From Oceanispirochaeta sp. (GTDB taxonomy: Bacteria; Spirochaetota; Spirochaetia; DSM-2461): a stretch of 64,000 bases of DNA. Location of the stretch: NCBI GenBank assembly GCA_963663385.2, contig CAXXXD010000002.1, positions 1,696,001 to 1,760,000 on the forward strand, written 5' to 3'. Shown here one piece after another: positions 48,298 through 59,021 of this stretch (positions are counted from its first letter, which is position 1; every line of letters begins with the position of its first letter). Below the pieces are notes generated by a model. The model did no database searches. It was not told the DNA's origin and worked only from the letters and a program-made list of their open reading frames with translations. Made by a program: the position numbers and the translations under genes.

Positions 48298-50085
48298 ATG
48301 AATATAATAAGTGAACGTTTAAAATCATTAAGGGAACTGATGGCCCGTGAGAATATGGATGCCTATATTATATATAGTTCAGATCCCCACGGCAGTGAAT
48401 ATGTCGCGGACCACTGGCGCTGCCGGTCCTGGATTTCGGGATTTACAGGAAGCGCCGGTACGGTTGTTATAACCCGGGAGGAAGCAGGACTCTGGACGGA
48501 TTTCCGTTATTTCATTCAGGCGGATGAAGAGTTGAAGGGCAGCGGAATTACCCTATACCGTTCCGGAACGCCAGGTGTTGAGGAATACCGGGAGTGGATC
48601 TGCAGCAGGCTTCTGCCCGGCAGTGTTATCGGAATGGACGGCCGGACCCTGACGGTTAAAGAGTGGGAATCCCTTGCTCAGAAATTTATACCCCTCCAGT
48701 ACAGTATTGCCAACAGAAAGGATCTTGTAGGGGAGTTGTGGCAGGATCGTCCGTCTCTGCCTGCTGCCCCGGTCTGGCAGCTCCGTCCCGAAGAGGCGGG
48801 TGAACTGCGCAGTGAAAAGCTGGCAAGAGTCCGCGGGGAGATGAAAGAGAGGGGCGTTACAGCCTATCTGATCTCTTCTCTGGATGACATCGCCTGGCTG
48901 TTGAATGTGCGTGGAGGGGATGTCTCCTATAACCCTGTTGTCCAGAGCTTCCTGCTGCTGGAACAGGAGGGGGCATTCTGGTATGTTGATGGAGGAAAGC
49001 TGGAGAAGGATGACAGGACCGCTATTGAGGGTGATAAGATTCAGATTAAACCCTATGAAGCTGTCGCGGATGATCTTTCCGGACTGCCTGATGAAACAGT
49101 GCTTCTTCTATCACCTGTCAGAACGAACTCTCTCCTGGCCACCGCTCCTCCCGAAAACCTTAAAATCCTCCAGTCTCAGGATATTACAACCGCTTTTAAA
49201 GCCTGTAAGAATGAAACAGAGCAGAAGCAGATACGGATTGCCATGGAAAAGGATGGAGCCGCTCTTGTCCGGTTTTTTATCTGGCTGGAAAGGGAAATCG
49301 GTAAGAGGAATATAACCGAACTGGAGGCTGCTGCTGTTCTGCGTGAATGCAGAAGCGGGCAGGAGGGGTTTCTTGATGAAAGTTTCAGTCCCATTCCCGG
49401 ATACAGAGCTCATGGTGCAATCTGTCATTATGAAGCGGATGAGAAAGGGCAGTTTACCATGGACTCTTCAGGTCTGTTGCTTCTGGATTCGGGAGGACAG
49501 TACAGGCAGGGGACTACGGATATTACCCGAACCATAACACTCGGTTCACCTTCGGAGGAGGAGGTAAAAGACTATACCCTGGTTCTCAAAGGGCATGTCG
49601 CTCTTTCCCGGGTCCGCTTTCCCCGCGGTACCAGAGGCTATCAGCTTGATCTTCTGGCCCGTCAGCCCCTGTGGGAAGAGGGGCTGAATTACGGCCACGG
49701 TACGGGGCATGGGGTAGGATTTGTTCTGAATGTTCATGAAGGTCCCCAGAGAATCAGCCCCCATGCCATAGATGAAGCCCTTTTACCCGGAATGGTTACT
49801 TCCAACGAACCCGGGATTTACAGGGAAGGAAAGCATGGGATCCGGATTGAAAACCTTATCATGACAGTTCCCTGGGAGGACTGCCCCGGAGAAGAGGAGT
49901 TCTTACGGTTTGAAACCCTCTCTCTCTGTCCCTACGACAGAAAGCTGATTGACACAGCTCTGTTATCGGAACCGGAAATTGAATGGATCAATGCCTACCA
50001 TGCAGAAGTTGTCCGCCGCCTCTCCCCTTTTCTGAACGGGGAAGAAAGAACGTGGCTTGAAAGGGCCGCCCGTGAAATCTCTTAA
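48298..50085 (+). CDS. Aminopeptidase P family (M24B) protein
   Basis: DPHGSEY, GFTGSAG, DSGGQY..GTTDITRT, HGTGHGVG..LNVHEGP, EPG.Y, GIRIEN; ATG 48298 preferred. Confidence 0.93.
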   Translation: MNIISERLKSLRELMARENMDAYIIYSSDPHGSEYVADHWRCRSWISGFTGSAGTVVITREEAGLWTDFRYFIQADEELKGSGITLYRSGTPGVEEYREWICSRLLPGSVIGMDGRTLTVKEWESLAQKFIPLQYSIANRKDLVGELWQDRPSLPAAPVWQLRPEEAGELRSEKLARVRGEMKERGVTAYLISSLDDIAWLLNVRGGDVSYNPVVQSFLLLEQEGAFWYVDGGKLEKDDRTAIEGDKIQIKPYEAVADDLSGLPDETVLLLSPVRTNSLLATAPPENLKILQSQDITTAFKACKNETEQKQIRIAMEKDGAALVRFFIWLEREIGKRNITELEAAAVLRECRSGQEGFLDESFSPIPGYRAHGAICHYEADEKGQFTMDSSGLLLLDSGGQYRQGTTDITRTITLGSPSEEEVKDYTLVLKGHVALSRVRFPRGTRGYQLDLLARQPLWEEGLNYGHGTGHGVGFVLNVHEGPQRISPHAIDEALLPGMVTSNEPGIYREGKHGIRIENLIMTVPWEDCPGEEEFLRFETLSLCPYDRKLIDTALLSEPEIEWINAYHAEVVRRLSPFLNGEERTWLERAAREIS

Positions 50086-50983
50086 TTCCGGTACCCTGGC
50101 TCTGATAGCCTGTCTGTTATGGTCCACTGCTTTTCTCGGTGTAAAGACGGGACTGCAGTTTATGGATCCTCTTCTGTTTGCAGGACTGCGCTTTACTCTG
50201 GCCGGGGTTGCTGTGGGGCTGATTTTCCGGCGGAAGGGGTATTGGAGGCAGGTGCGTTCCCACTGGAGGCTGATTATTCTGGTAGGGTTCTTTCAGACTT
50301 TTCTCCTTTATTCGCTCTTTTATCTGTCCCTGGATAATATGAGGGGGTCAACAGGAGCAATTGTAAACGGTCTGGGGCCTTTGATGACGGCACTTATAGC
50401 ACACTTTTTTATGCCCGGTGACCGTCTTAGTTTCAGACGCCTTTTCAGCCTCTGTCTGGGAGTCCTGAGTGTCGTTCTGATAACCTGGTCCGGTATTGTA
50501 CCCGGCAGCACAAAGAATGAAACCTTCGGTATCATGCTGATGATGATTTCTCTTCTGGCCAATGCAGGCGCTGTTGTTATCGTTGCCAGAACACCCGACA
50601 GGCTTGATCCTTTTGTTCTGAATTCCGCTCAGCTTTTCAGCGGCGGTACAATGCTTCTTCTTGCAGGAGTTCTGACCGGTGGACTGCCGGCGGCCGTTCC
50701 TCCATCCCTTTTTTATGCGGGGCTTCTCTGGCTTGTCTGTGTTACATCGGGAGGGTTTTCCATCTGGTACTACCTGCTGAAGATCAGGAAAGAGCCTGTT
50801 TCTCATGTAACTGTCTGGAAATTTGTGATTCCCTTCAGCGGATCGCTTCTTAGCTGGATCTTTATTGGAGATGATTCTCCTGATTTGATCTCTGTCGGTG
50901 GAATGCTGCTGACATCTGTTTCAATTATGCTTTTTTATTCCGGCAAGGGAATTGATAAGGGTTTGAGTAAGGAGAGTATGTAA
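50057..50983 (+). CDS. DMT/EamA family transporter
   Basis: About 10 hydrophobic segments, LWSTAF..VK.G, RFTLAG; alternative GTG start at 50072. Confidence 0.88.
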   Translation: MKGPPVKSLNSGTLALIACLLWSTAFLGVKTGLQFMDPLLFAGLRFTLAGVAVGLIFRRKGYWRQVRSHWRLIILVGFFQTFLLYSLFYLSLDNMRGSTGAIVNGLGPLMTALIAHFFMPGDRLSFRRLFSLCLGVLSVVLITWSGIVPGSTKNETFGIMLMMISLLANAGAVVIVARTPDRLDPFVLNSAQLFSGGTMLLLAGVLTGGLPAAVPPSLFYAGLLWLVCVTSGGFSIWYYLLKIRKEPVSHVTVWKFVIPFSGSLLSWIFIGDDSPDLISVGGMLLTSVSIMLFYSGKGIDKGLSKESM

Positions 50984-51498
50984 TGCCGTACTTTGTTATA
51001 CAGGTGACCAGTGGGAGAGAAAACGAATGCCGGACCTATCTTGTTAAATCCGGCCAGTTTCCCGAAAAATCCCTGGTTTTCCCCCGCAGGAAGCTTATGA
51101 TCCGCAAACAGGGGAAAACCGCAGAGAAGCAGGTCCCCCTGTTTCCGGGTTATCTGTTTTTCAGAACAGATGAAGTGCATCCCGATCAGATCAGGGCGGT
51201 CCGGGAAACCCCCGGAGTCTTTTGCTTTCTCCGAATTGACGGGGCTCTTATTCCTCTGCACAGAGATGAAGAGGAACAGTTGAGCTTTTTTCTGCGTACT
51301 GGTGAAGTTGCCGGTATTTCTACCATTGACCTGAAAGAGAACAATAATATCACTGTTATTAAGGGACCCTTAAAAGGACAGGAAGGCTTGATTGTGAAGC
51401 TTGATAAGAGGAAGAAGCGGGCAAAAGTTCGTCTTTCTCTTTATAAAGAAGCTTTTTTGATTGATTTTGGGTTTGATTTTGTGGAAAAAATTAAATAA
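50983..51498 (+). CDS. loaP: NusG-paralog antiterminator, LoaP-like
   Basis: YFVIQVTSGRE, PLFPGYLF NGN domain; KOW GPLKGQEGLI followed by the basic DKRKKRAKV motif typical of LoaP. Confidence 0.8.
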   Translation: MPYFVIQVTSGRENECRTYLVKSGQFPEKSLVFPRRKLMIRKQGKTAEKQVPLFPGYLFFRTDEVHPDQIRAVRETPGVFCFLRIDGALIPLHRDEEEQLSFFLRTGEVAGISTIDLKENNNITVIKGPLKGQEGLIVKLDKRKKRAKVRLSLYKEAFLIDFGFDFVEKIK

Positions 51499-51608
51499 TA
51501 ACCGTTTTTTTACTGTTTTCTGCTAATTCCTTAGAGTAAATCCTGTAAAGTATAATATTTTCCTCATTTTGCTTTGGTGTTTAATTGTAGTTCCTCCATA
51601 GGTCCATC

Positions 51609-51635
51609 TTGACAGAAATGGCATTTTGGTATATT
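51609..51635 (+). promoter_or_regulatory. Putative sigma70 promoter of gltBD
   Basis: TTGACA (51609-14) and extended -10 TGgTATATT (51627-35); the spacer is short (15 bp). Confidence 0.5.
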
Positions 51636-51698
51636 TTTTGTGGCAACACATTGCCGTAAAGTTGCTGGTTGGGATCACGCGGTGAAGGAGTCTGTAAT

Positions 51699-54600
51699 AT
51701 GATGAAGAAAAGGGGTCTTTACGATCCAGCTAATGAACATGATGCCTGTGGTGTCGGTTTTGTTGCACGAATAGACGGAGAAAGAACACACAGGATTGTA
51801 GAAGAGGGTGTACAGATTCTCTGTAACCTTGAACACCGCGGCGCTGTCGGCGGTGATATGAAGACCGGGGATGGAGCGGGGATGCTGCTCCAGATGCCCC
51901 ATAAGTTTTTTTCAAGAGTTCTTCCCTTTTCGCTTCCCGAAGAGGGTTCCTATGGTGCAGGGATGATTTTTCTTCCCGCAGATGCAGAGAAAGCGGCGGA
52001 AGCTGTCGAAATGACCGAAAGGATTATAGCCCGTGAGGGTGGTTCTCTTCTGGGATGGAGAGATGTTCCTGTTGACCCGGACTGTCTGGGTGAGCTGGCC
52101 CGCAGGGTAATGCCTTCATTTAAACAGGTTTTTGTCAGTTTTGACGGTCTGTCGGGAGATACGCTTGATAGCAAACTTTACGTACTGAGAAAATGTATGG
52201 AAAACGCCGCTTTGGCCAAAGGGTATGAACTGGATGAGTTCTACCTGCCCTCCCTGTCCTCCAAGACAATAGTCTATAAGGGAATGTTTGTGTCGGCCCA
52301 GTTTGTTACTTTCTATCCCGATCTGGGAGAAGAGGACTTTATCTCCGCCATGGCGCTTGTTCACCAGAGATACAGTACCAATACCTTTCCTTCCTGGCCT
52401 CTTGCGCAGCCTTTCCGCTATATAGCCCACAACGGTGAGATCAATACCCTCCGCCGGAATGTTAATAATATGAAGGCCCGTGAAACATCTCTCTCTTCTC
52501 CGGAATTCGGAGAGGATATGAAAAAAATGTTTCCCATTGTTCAGCCTGACTGCAGTGATTCTGCGGCTTTTGACAATGTTTTCGAACTGATTTCCAAAGG
52601 CGGACGTTCCATGGAGCACACCATGATGATGATGGTCCCCGAGGCGTTCGGTACGAAATATCATATCTCAGAGGATAAAAGAAACTTTTTTGAGTACCAT
52701 GCAGCCATAATGGAGCCCTGGGACGGACCGGCGGCACTAGTTTTTACAGACGGTTATAAAATAGGCGCCACCCTGGATAGAAACGGACTGAGACCGGGCC
52801 GCTATGCCATTACGAAGAGTGGAAAAGTAGTCCTTGGTTCCGAGGCGGGTGTAATTGATATTGAACCGGAAGATATTCTGGAGAATGGACGCCTGGAGCC
52901 TGGTAAAATGTTTCTGGTTGACCTGAAACAGCACCGGATTATCCGCGACAACGAGGTGAAGAGTCTCATCTCAAGGCAGAGACCTTACAGAAGATGGTTA
53001 AGCGAGCAGAAAATCGAATTGAAGGGACTTCACGGAACTCCCCGTAAAATCAAACATGATCCAGAAACCCTCCTTGAGAGGATGAAAGCCTTCGGCTACT
53101 CTTTCGAGGATATACGTACAGTAATTTCCAAAATGGCAAGCAATAGCCAGGAACCAATCGGGTCAATGGGGAATGACAGCCCCCTGGCTGTCCTTTCTGA
53201 AAAACCCCAGCTTGTTTACGAATATTTTAAACAGCTCTTTGCCCAGGTAACCAATCCCCCCATCGATCCCTACAGAGAGAACCTTGTTATGTCTCTTATG
53301 AGCTTTGTAGGCCGGGAAAGGAATCTCCTGAAAGAAACACCGGAGCACTGCCATCAGCTGAAGCTAAGCCACCCCGTTCTGACAAATGACGATATAAAAG
53401 CTTTGAAATCCATGGATATGGATGATTTCAGGGTTTCAACTGTTCCTATGCTGTTCAGGGTGACAGAAGACGAGCATCAGCTGGAAAATGCTATTGATAA
53501 ACTCTGCACGGATGCGGAAAGCCGGATCGATTCCGGGGATTCCCTGATTATACTTTCCGACAGAGGGGTGGATAAGGAACACTCAGCCATTCCTGCTCTC
53601 CTGGCTGTTTCGGCTGTTCATCACTATCTTGTCCGCCAGGGCAAGAGGCATCTGGCCGGTTTGATTATCGAATCGGGTGAAGTGAGATCGGTTCACCACT
53701 TCGCGACTCTGGTCGGATACGGCGCCAGCGGAATTAACCCCTATCTGGTTTTTGAAGCTCTCTCGGATCTGAAAGAGAGAGGATACCTGCCGGATGATCT
53801 GACTCTGCCCCAGGCTATCGAGCACTATATCACAGCGGTTAAGAAAGGACTTCTCAAGATAATGTCCAAGATGGGTGTTTCCACCATCAGAAGCTACCGC
53901 GGTTCACAGATTTACGAAGCCATCGGCCTTTCCGAAGAACTGGTGGATAAGTATTTTGCCGGTACTGCCTCCAGGGTGGGTGGAATCGACATCAATGTTA
54001 TTGAACACGATGTCCTTGCCCGTCATAGAAAAGCCTGGGAGGAAAAGGATGTATACAGTCACAGACTGCAATCCAGCGGGGAGTTCTCTTCCAGAAAAAA
54101 TGCGGATAAACACCTTTTTTCTGCCGAAGCCGTTGTCAATATGCAGAAAGCTGTCCGGACAAATGATTATCAGGCGTTCAAGAAGTATACCGCCGGTATA
54201 AACGATATCAGCAAAAACCTGAACACCCTGAGAGGGCTTTTTCAGTTCAGGAAGGGGAATCCCGTTCCTCTGGAAGAGGTTGAGCCGGCATCGGAAATTG
54301 TCAAACGTTTTGTTTCCTCCGCCATGTCCTTCGGTTCCATGAGCCGGGAAGTCCATGAAACCATGGCGATTGCCATGAACCGGCTCGGAGGGATGAGCAA
54401 CTCCGGTGAGGGCGGAGAGGATATGGAACGCTACACTGTGAGAGAAAACGGGGATAATCCTATCAGCCGGGTAAAACAGATTGCTTCCGGCCGTTTCGGC
54501 GTAGACAGTCCCTATCTGTGTAACTGCGATGAACTGCAGATTAAAATGGCCCAGGGTGCCAAACCGGGAGAGGGCGGTCAGCTTCCCGGTCATAAGGTAA

Positions 54601-56225
54601 ACGAAGTTGTTGCGAAGGTAAGGCACTCCACTCCCGGAGTAATGCTGATTTCTCCTCCGCCCCATCACGATATTTACTCAATCGAGGATCTCTCCCAGCT
54701 GATTTTCGATTTGAAAAATGCCAATCCGAAAGCCCGGGTATCGGTAAAACTGGTTTCCGAAGTGGGAGTCGGGACTGTTGCAGCCGGTGTCGCCAAGGGT
54801 AAAGCGGATATGGTTCTGATTTCCGGCGGCGACGGTGGTACGGGAGCATCTCCCCTGTCATCCCTGAAGCATGCCGGATCCGTCTGGGAAATAGGACTGG
54901 CCGAAACCCAGCAGGTTCTGGTTATGAACAAACTGCGTTCCAGGATCCGGATACAGTGCGACGGTCAGATGAAAACGGGACGTGACGTTGTCATCGCAGC
55001 CCTGCTTGGCGCGGAAGAGTTCGGTTTTGGTACGGCCTCTCTTGTATCGCTGGGCTGCGTTATGATGAGAAAATGCCATACCAATGCGTGCCCTGTGGGG
55101 ATCGCCACTCAGAACGCCGATTTGAGAAAACGTTTTGCCGGCAAGCCCGAACATCTGATGAACTTTATGACTTTCGTAGCCGAGGAAGTCCGGGAATATA
55201 TGGCGGAACTGGGATTCAGAACTTTCGATGAAATGGTCGGTCATGTGGAATATCTGGAAGTCAATGAGGCGGTTGAACATTTTAAAGCCAAAGGGCTGGA
55301 TTTTACAAATATCCTGATGCCTCCCCAGCTGGAAGAGGGCGGATCTCTCCGCTGCGTAGCCAAACAGGATCATGATTTCTCTCTCTCCCTGGATCAGGGA
55401 TTGATTGAAAAAGCAAAGGATGCCCTGGAGAAAAAGAAACCCGTTGTAATCGAACAGCCTATCCGGAACTGCAACAGAACCGTGGGCGCCACACTGAGTT
55501 ATGAGGTAACGAGCCGTTATGGTGTGGATGGACTGAAAGACGATACCATTCACGTAAATCTGAAAGGAAGCGCCGGGCAGAGTTTCGGAGCCTTTCTTAC
55601 AAAGGGTATCACCTTCGAACTGGAAGGGGAGAGTAATGACTACCTCGGCAAGGGGCTCTCGGGAGGCAGGATTATCCTCTATCCTCACAAGGGAACCACT
55701 TTCTCCGGGTTCAGAAACATCATTACGGGTAATGTAAACCTTTTTGGTGCTACTGGCGGTGAAGCGTATATCAACGGAAGGGCGGGGGAACGGTTTGCCG
55801 TTAGAAACTCCGGCGCTATTGCCGTAGTAGAAGGTGTCGGTGACCACGGTTGTGAGTATATGACCGGTGGACGGGTTGTTATTCTCGGTAAAACGGGAGT
55901 GAACTTTGCAGCCGGGATGTCCGGTGGTGTCGCCTACGTGTATGATGAAACCCAGCTGTTCGATACCCGGTGTAACCTGGAAATGGTGGATGTCGAACCG
56001 GTGATTGAACAGGAGGACAAGGACTTCCTCACCAGTATGGTGAAGAAGCACATCAAATATACGGACAGCCTTCTGGCCAAGCGGTTGATGGAGTCCTGGG
56101 AGGAGTCTCTTCCCAACTTTGTTAAAGTAATGCCTCTGGACTACAGAAAAGCTCTGGAGAGAATTAAAGAGCAGGAAACCAAGGAAACGGAAGCTGCCAC
56201 TATTACCGAGGAGGTATATGCATAA
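51699..56225 (+). CDS. gltB: Glutamate synthase large subunit
   Basis: EHDACGVG, HQRYSTNT, AMSFGS, QGAKPGEGGQLPG, CVMMRKCHTNAC, GXGXG domain; AAGGAG RBS before ATG 51699. Confidence 0.98.
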   Translation: MMKKRGLYDPANEHDACGVGFVARIDGERTHRIVEEGVQILCNLEHRGAVGGDMKTGDGAGMLLQMPHKFFSRVLPFSLPEEGSYGAGMIFLPADAEKAAEAVEMTERIIAREGGSLLGWRDVPVDPDCLGELARRVMPSFKQVFVSFDGLSGDTLDSKLYVLRKCMENAALAKGYELDEFYLPSLSSKTIVYKGMFVSAQFVTFYPDLGEEDFISAMALVHQRYSTNTFPSWPLAQPFRYIAHNGEINTLRRNVNNMKARETSLSSPEFGEDMKKMFPIVQPDCSDSAAFDNVFELISKGGRSMEHTMMMMVPEAFGTKYHISEDKRNFFEYHAAIMEPWDGPAALVFTDGYKIGATLDRNGLRPGRYAITKSGKVVLGSEAGVIDIEPEDILENGRLEPGKMFLVDLKQHRIIRDNEVKSLISRQRPYRRWLSEQKIELKGLHGTPRKIKHDPETLLERMKAFGYSFEDIRTVISKMASNSQEPIGSMGNDSPLAVLSEKPQLVYEYFKQLFAQVTNPPIDPYRENLVMSLMSFVGRERNLLKETPEHCHQLKLSHPVLTNDDIKALKSMDMDDFRVSTVPMLFRVTEDEHQLENAIDKLCTDAESRIDSGDSLIILSDRGVDKEHSAIPALLAVSAVHHYLVRQGKRHLAGLIIESGEVRSVHHFATLVGYGASGINPYLVFEALSDLKERGYLPDDLTLPQAIEHYITAVKKGLLKIMSKMGVSTIRSYRGSQIYEAIGLSEELVDKYFAGTASRVGGIDINVIEHDVLARHRKAWEEKDVYSHRLQSSGEFSSRKNADKHLFSAEAVVNMQKAVRTNDYQAFKKYTAGINDISKNLNTLRGLFQFRKGNPVPLEEVEPASEIVKRFVSSAMSFGSMSREVHETMAIAMNRLGGMSNSGEGGEDMERYTVRENGDNPISRVKQIASGRFGVDSPYLCNCDELQIKMAQGAKPGEGGQLPGHKVNEVVAKVRHSTPGVMLISPPPHHDIYSIEDLSQLIFDLKNANPKARVSVKLVSEVGVGTVAAGVAKGKADMVLISGGDGGTGASPLSSLKHAGSVWEIGLAETQQVLVMNKLRSRIRIQCDGQMKTGRDVVIAALLGAEEFGFGTASLVSLGCVMMRKCHTNACPVGIATQNADLRKRFAGKPEHLMNFMTFVAEEVREYMAELGFRTFDEMVGHVEYLEVNEAVEHFKAKGLDFTNILMPPQLEEGGSLRCVAKQDHDFSLSLDQGLIEKAKDALEKKKPVVIEQPIRNCNRTVGATLSYEVTSRYGVDGLKDDTIHVNLKGSAGQSFGAFLTKGITFELEGESNDYLGKGLSGGRIILYPHKGTTFSGFRNIITGNVNLFGATGGEAYINGRAGERFAVRNSGAIAVVEGVGDHGCEYMTGGRVVILGKTGVNFAAGMSGGVAYVYDETQLFDTRCNLEMVDVEPVIEQEDKDFLTSMVKKHIKYTDSLLAKRLMESWEESLPNFVKVMPLDYRKALERIKEQETKETEAATITEEVYA

Positions 56226-57646
56226 TGGGTAAGGTTCTCGGATTTATTGAATATAAAAGACAGGACTTCCTCTACCGTTCCGTAGAGGAGAGACTGAAGG
56301 ACTATAAGGAAGTCATGATCCCCACTCCTGTGGAGGAACTGACAGATCAGGGTGCCCGCTGTATGGACTGCGGAACTCCTTTCTGCCACATTCTGGGCTG
56401 TCCAATAAATAATTTGATTCCCGAGTGGAATGATGCTGTTTACAGGGGCCAGATGAGAGAGGCTTTTGAAAGACTGGAACTGACCAACAACTTTCCCGAG
56501 GTAACCGGAAGAATCTGCCCGGCCCTCTGCGAAGCTTCCTGTACTCTGAGTATCAATGACGCTCCCGTTACCATCAAACAGATGGAACTTGGAATTATAG
56601 AAAAGGCTTTTGCCGCTGGATGGGTCGTACCCCGTCCTCCCAAAATTGAAACGGGGAAAAGCGTTGCCGTTGTTGGAAGCGGCCCTGCCGGAATGGCTGC
56701 CAGTCAGCAGCTGCGGCGCATGGGGCATCAGGTTACCCTGTTTGAAAAGAGCGAGAAGATAGGCGGTCTTTTGAGATACGGGATCCCTGACTTCAAACTG
56801 GATAAGAGCGTTCTTGACAGGAGAATCAAGCAGATGGCCGAGGAGGGTGTAAACTTCGAAACCGGTGTAGCCATCGGGGAAGATCTTTCCATACGCTACC
56901 TGCAGAACAAGTTTGATGCCGTACTGATAACAACCGGCGCCGGCACCCCCCGTAACCTCCCTGTTCCGGGAAGAGACCTGAATGGGGTTCACTTTGCTCT
57001 GGAGTACCTGGGACAGTCCAACAGGAATGTGTCCGGTGAGTTCTATGACGAAGAAGTTATCAATGCAAAAGATAAAACCGTTCTGGTAATCGGCGGCGGC
57101 GATACTGGTTCCGACTGTGTGGGAACTGCCAACCGTCAGGGGGCCAAAAAGGTCTATCAGTATGAGATACTGCCCAGACCCCTGGACTGGAAGGACGCTC
57201 ACAACCCGAGCTGGCCCGAATGGCCCCAGATCCTTCGGACATCCTCCTCCCATAAGGAGGGATGCGAGCGGGAGTGGAACATCGCCACAAATGCTTTCGA
57301 AGGAAACGGCCGTGTGAAAAAAGGCAGATTTCAGAGAGTTGAATGGGTGGCGGACGAAAACGGCGGACGTCCTCAGATGAAGATGATTGCCGGCAGCGAA
57401 TTCGAACTGGATGTGGACCTTGTATTCCTGGCTATGGGATTTGTCCATGTGGAACATAACCGGATTATCACCGATCTGAATCTGGAGCTGGATGACCGCG
57501 GCAATATCAGAACCGATGGGAATTACGGTACTTCCATAGACGGCGTCTTTGCCGCGGGAGATTCAGAAACCGGCGCTTCTCTTGTAGTAAGAGCTATCGG
57601 ACACGGCAGAAACGCTGCCGAAGCCATTGATGCCTACCTGTTATAA
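56225..57646 (+). CDS. gltD: Glutamate synthase small subunit
   Basis: RCMDCGTPFC, GRICPALCE, GSGPAG, GGGDTGSDC. Confidence 0.97.
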   Translation: MGKVLGFIEYKRQDFLYRSVEERLKDYKEVMIPTPVEELTDQGARCMDCGTPFCHILGCPINNLIPEWNDAVYRGQMREAFERLELTNNFPEVTGRICPALCEASCTLSINDAPVTIKQMELGIIEKAFAAGWVVPRPPKIETGKSVAVVGSGPAGMAASQQLRRMGHQVTLFEKSEKIGGLLRYGIPDFKLDKSVLDRRIKQMAEEGVNFETGVAIGEDLSIRYLQNKFDAVLITTGAGTPRNLPVPGRDLNGVHFALEYLGQSNRNVSGEFYDEEVINAKDKTVLVIGGGDTGSDCVGTANRQGAKKVYQYEILPRPLDWKDAHNPSWPEWPQILRTSSSHKEGCEREWNIATNAFEGNGRVKKGRFQRVEWVADENGGRPQMKMIAGSEFELDVDLVFLAMGFVHVEHNRIITDLNLELDDRGNIRTDGNYGTSIDGVFAAGDSETGASLVVRAIGHGRNAAEAIDAYLL

Positions 57647-57669
57647 GTTCATTATATGATTAAAAAATC

Positions 57670-57700
57670 ATCCCGGAGGAGTGATCCTCCGGGATTTTTT
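57670..57700 (+). terminator. Rho-independent terminator of gltBD
   Basis: ATCCCGGAGGA-GTGA-TCCTCCGGGAT followed by a T run. Confidence 0.9.
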
Positions 57701-57815
57701 AATCAACGGATATATTGACCGGTTTTATGATAATAGCTTGAATAAGGATTCCCACTTTTAGGGGCTGCCGTTAAATACGGGTGCTTTTCAGATTTAGCTT
57801 TTATAATGCGGATAA

Positions 57816-58988
57816 CTACAAGCAGGATCTGTAGATATTTTTAATATCCTCGTCGGAATACCCGGGGATATTCCAGAGTACTGACAGTTTTTTTGCCTGT
57901 CCGGCCAGTTCATCCGGATCGGGATTCAGAATCCCCGCTTCGGAAAAGCTGAGAGGGCAGCTTATGGATTGTATGAAATTTTCAAACTGTGAAATTACGG
58001 TTTCACAGGCTGCATTCCTGTTCATAAAATCCAGTTTGTCCATTTCCAGAATCTTTTTTCCAAAAAGGATGATCCTGTCGGCAATATCCGTCTTTTTATA
58101 CCTGAGCCAGGCTGGCATAACTATGGATAGACCGGCTCCATGAGCTATATTGTACAGAGCGCTCATAGGATGCTCCAGCATATGGCTGGGTATTGTGGCT
58201 CCTTCCAGCCCCGCATTGGCCAGTCCGTTCCAGGCCAGTGCCGCACCCCACATGATGGAAGCACGGGCATCGTAATTACCGGGATCTTTCAATACGACCT
58301 TGAGGGATTGCATTATTCCCTTTACCATACCTTCCACAAATCCATTCTGAATGGGAGAGAAGGTGGAAGTCGTAGTAAAGTAACCCTCCAGAAGGTGGGA
58401 CATAATATCAAAACAGGCATAAGCCGTATACTGGACCGGGATTGTAAATGTGGTTGACGGATCCAGAAATGCCGCTCTGGGAACAAGCAGGGGAGACCGT
58501 ATGCTGAATTTCTCACCGGTTTCCGGATTTGTCAGGACACCTGCCTGATTGGTTTCCGAGGAGGTTGCCGGCTGGGTCTGGACGGCGATGATAGGCAGGG
58601 CTTTTTCCACAACAGCCTTTTTGCGGTAATAGTCCCACAGGTTTCCGTGACTATACACTCCGGCGGCAATCCCTTTTGCTTCATCAATAACGCTTCCGCC
58701 TCCGGCTGCGACGATAAAATCAACAGACTCTCTTTTCGCAATCTCTATACCCTTCAGAGCGTGAGGCAGTACAGGGTTGGGCTCTACGCCTCCGTGTTCA
58801 ACTATCCGGATTTCCGCGTCTGTAAGACTCTTAACAATAATATCAAACAGGCCGTTCTTCTTAAGGCTCTCTTTCCCATACAGGAGAAGGGCCTTCTTCC
58901 CATATTTCAGGGATTCTTCACCGATGCGGGTAAACACACCCCGGCCGAAGATGATATTTGTCGGTGAATAGAATTCAAAATCAGTCAT
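57816..58988 (-). CDS. Iron-containing alcohol dehydrogenase (butanol dehydrogenase-like)
   Basis: GVEPNP, AAGGGSVIDEAK, D..SH..E, H.LEH, IAHGAGL; ATG 58988 has a GGAGG RBS. Confidence 0.92.
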   Translation of the reverse strand: MTDFEFYSPTNIIFGRGVFTRIGEESLKYGKKALLLYGKESLKKNGLFDIIVKSLTDAEIRIVEHGGVEPNPVLPHALKGIEIAKRESVDFIVAAGGGSVIDEAKGIAAGVYSHGNLWDYYRKKAVVEKALPIIAVQTQPATSSETNQAGVLTNPETGEKFSIRSPLLVPRAAFLDPSTTFTIPVQYTAYACFDIMSHLLEGYFTTTSTFSPIQNGFVEGMVKGIMQSLKVVLKDPGNYDARASIMWGAALAWNGLANAGLEGATIPSHMLEHPMSALYNIAHGAGLSIVMPAWLRYKKTDIADRIILFGKKILEMDKLDFMNRNAACETVISQFENFIQSISCPLSFSEAGILNPDPDELAGQAKKLSVLWNIPGYSDEDIKNIYRSCL

Positions 58989-59021
58989 TTTTGCCTCCAC
59001 TCTCCTGTTAAGTATAGAAAA

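Noticed and set aside
51641..51655. sigma54 promoter for gltB (TGGCA...TTGC)
   Set aside because: Spacing is GG-N9-GC, not the obligatory GG-N10-GC
53904..57457. Long minus-strand ORFs within gltBD (and similar ones in priA, ompA, galT, cfpA)
   Set aside because: Antisense shadows caused by codon bias; no recognisable protein features
57701..57815. Possible IS end or riboswitch (TAGGGGCTGCCGTTAAATACGG...)
   Set aside because: No partner inverted repeat, transposase or recognisable aptamer; lies between convergent 3' ends
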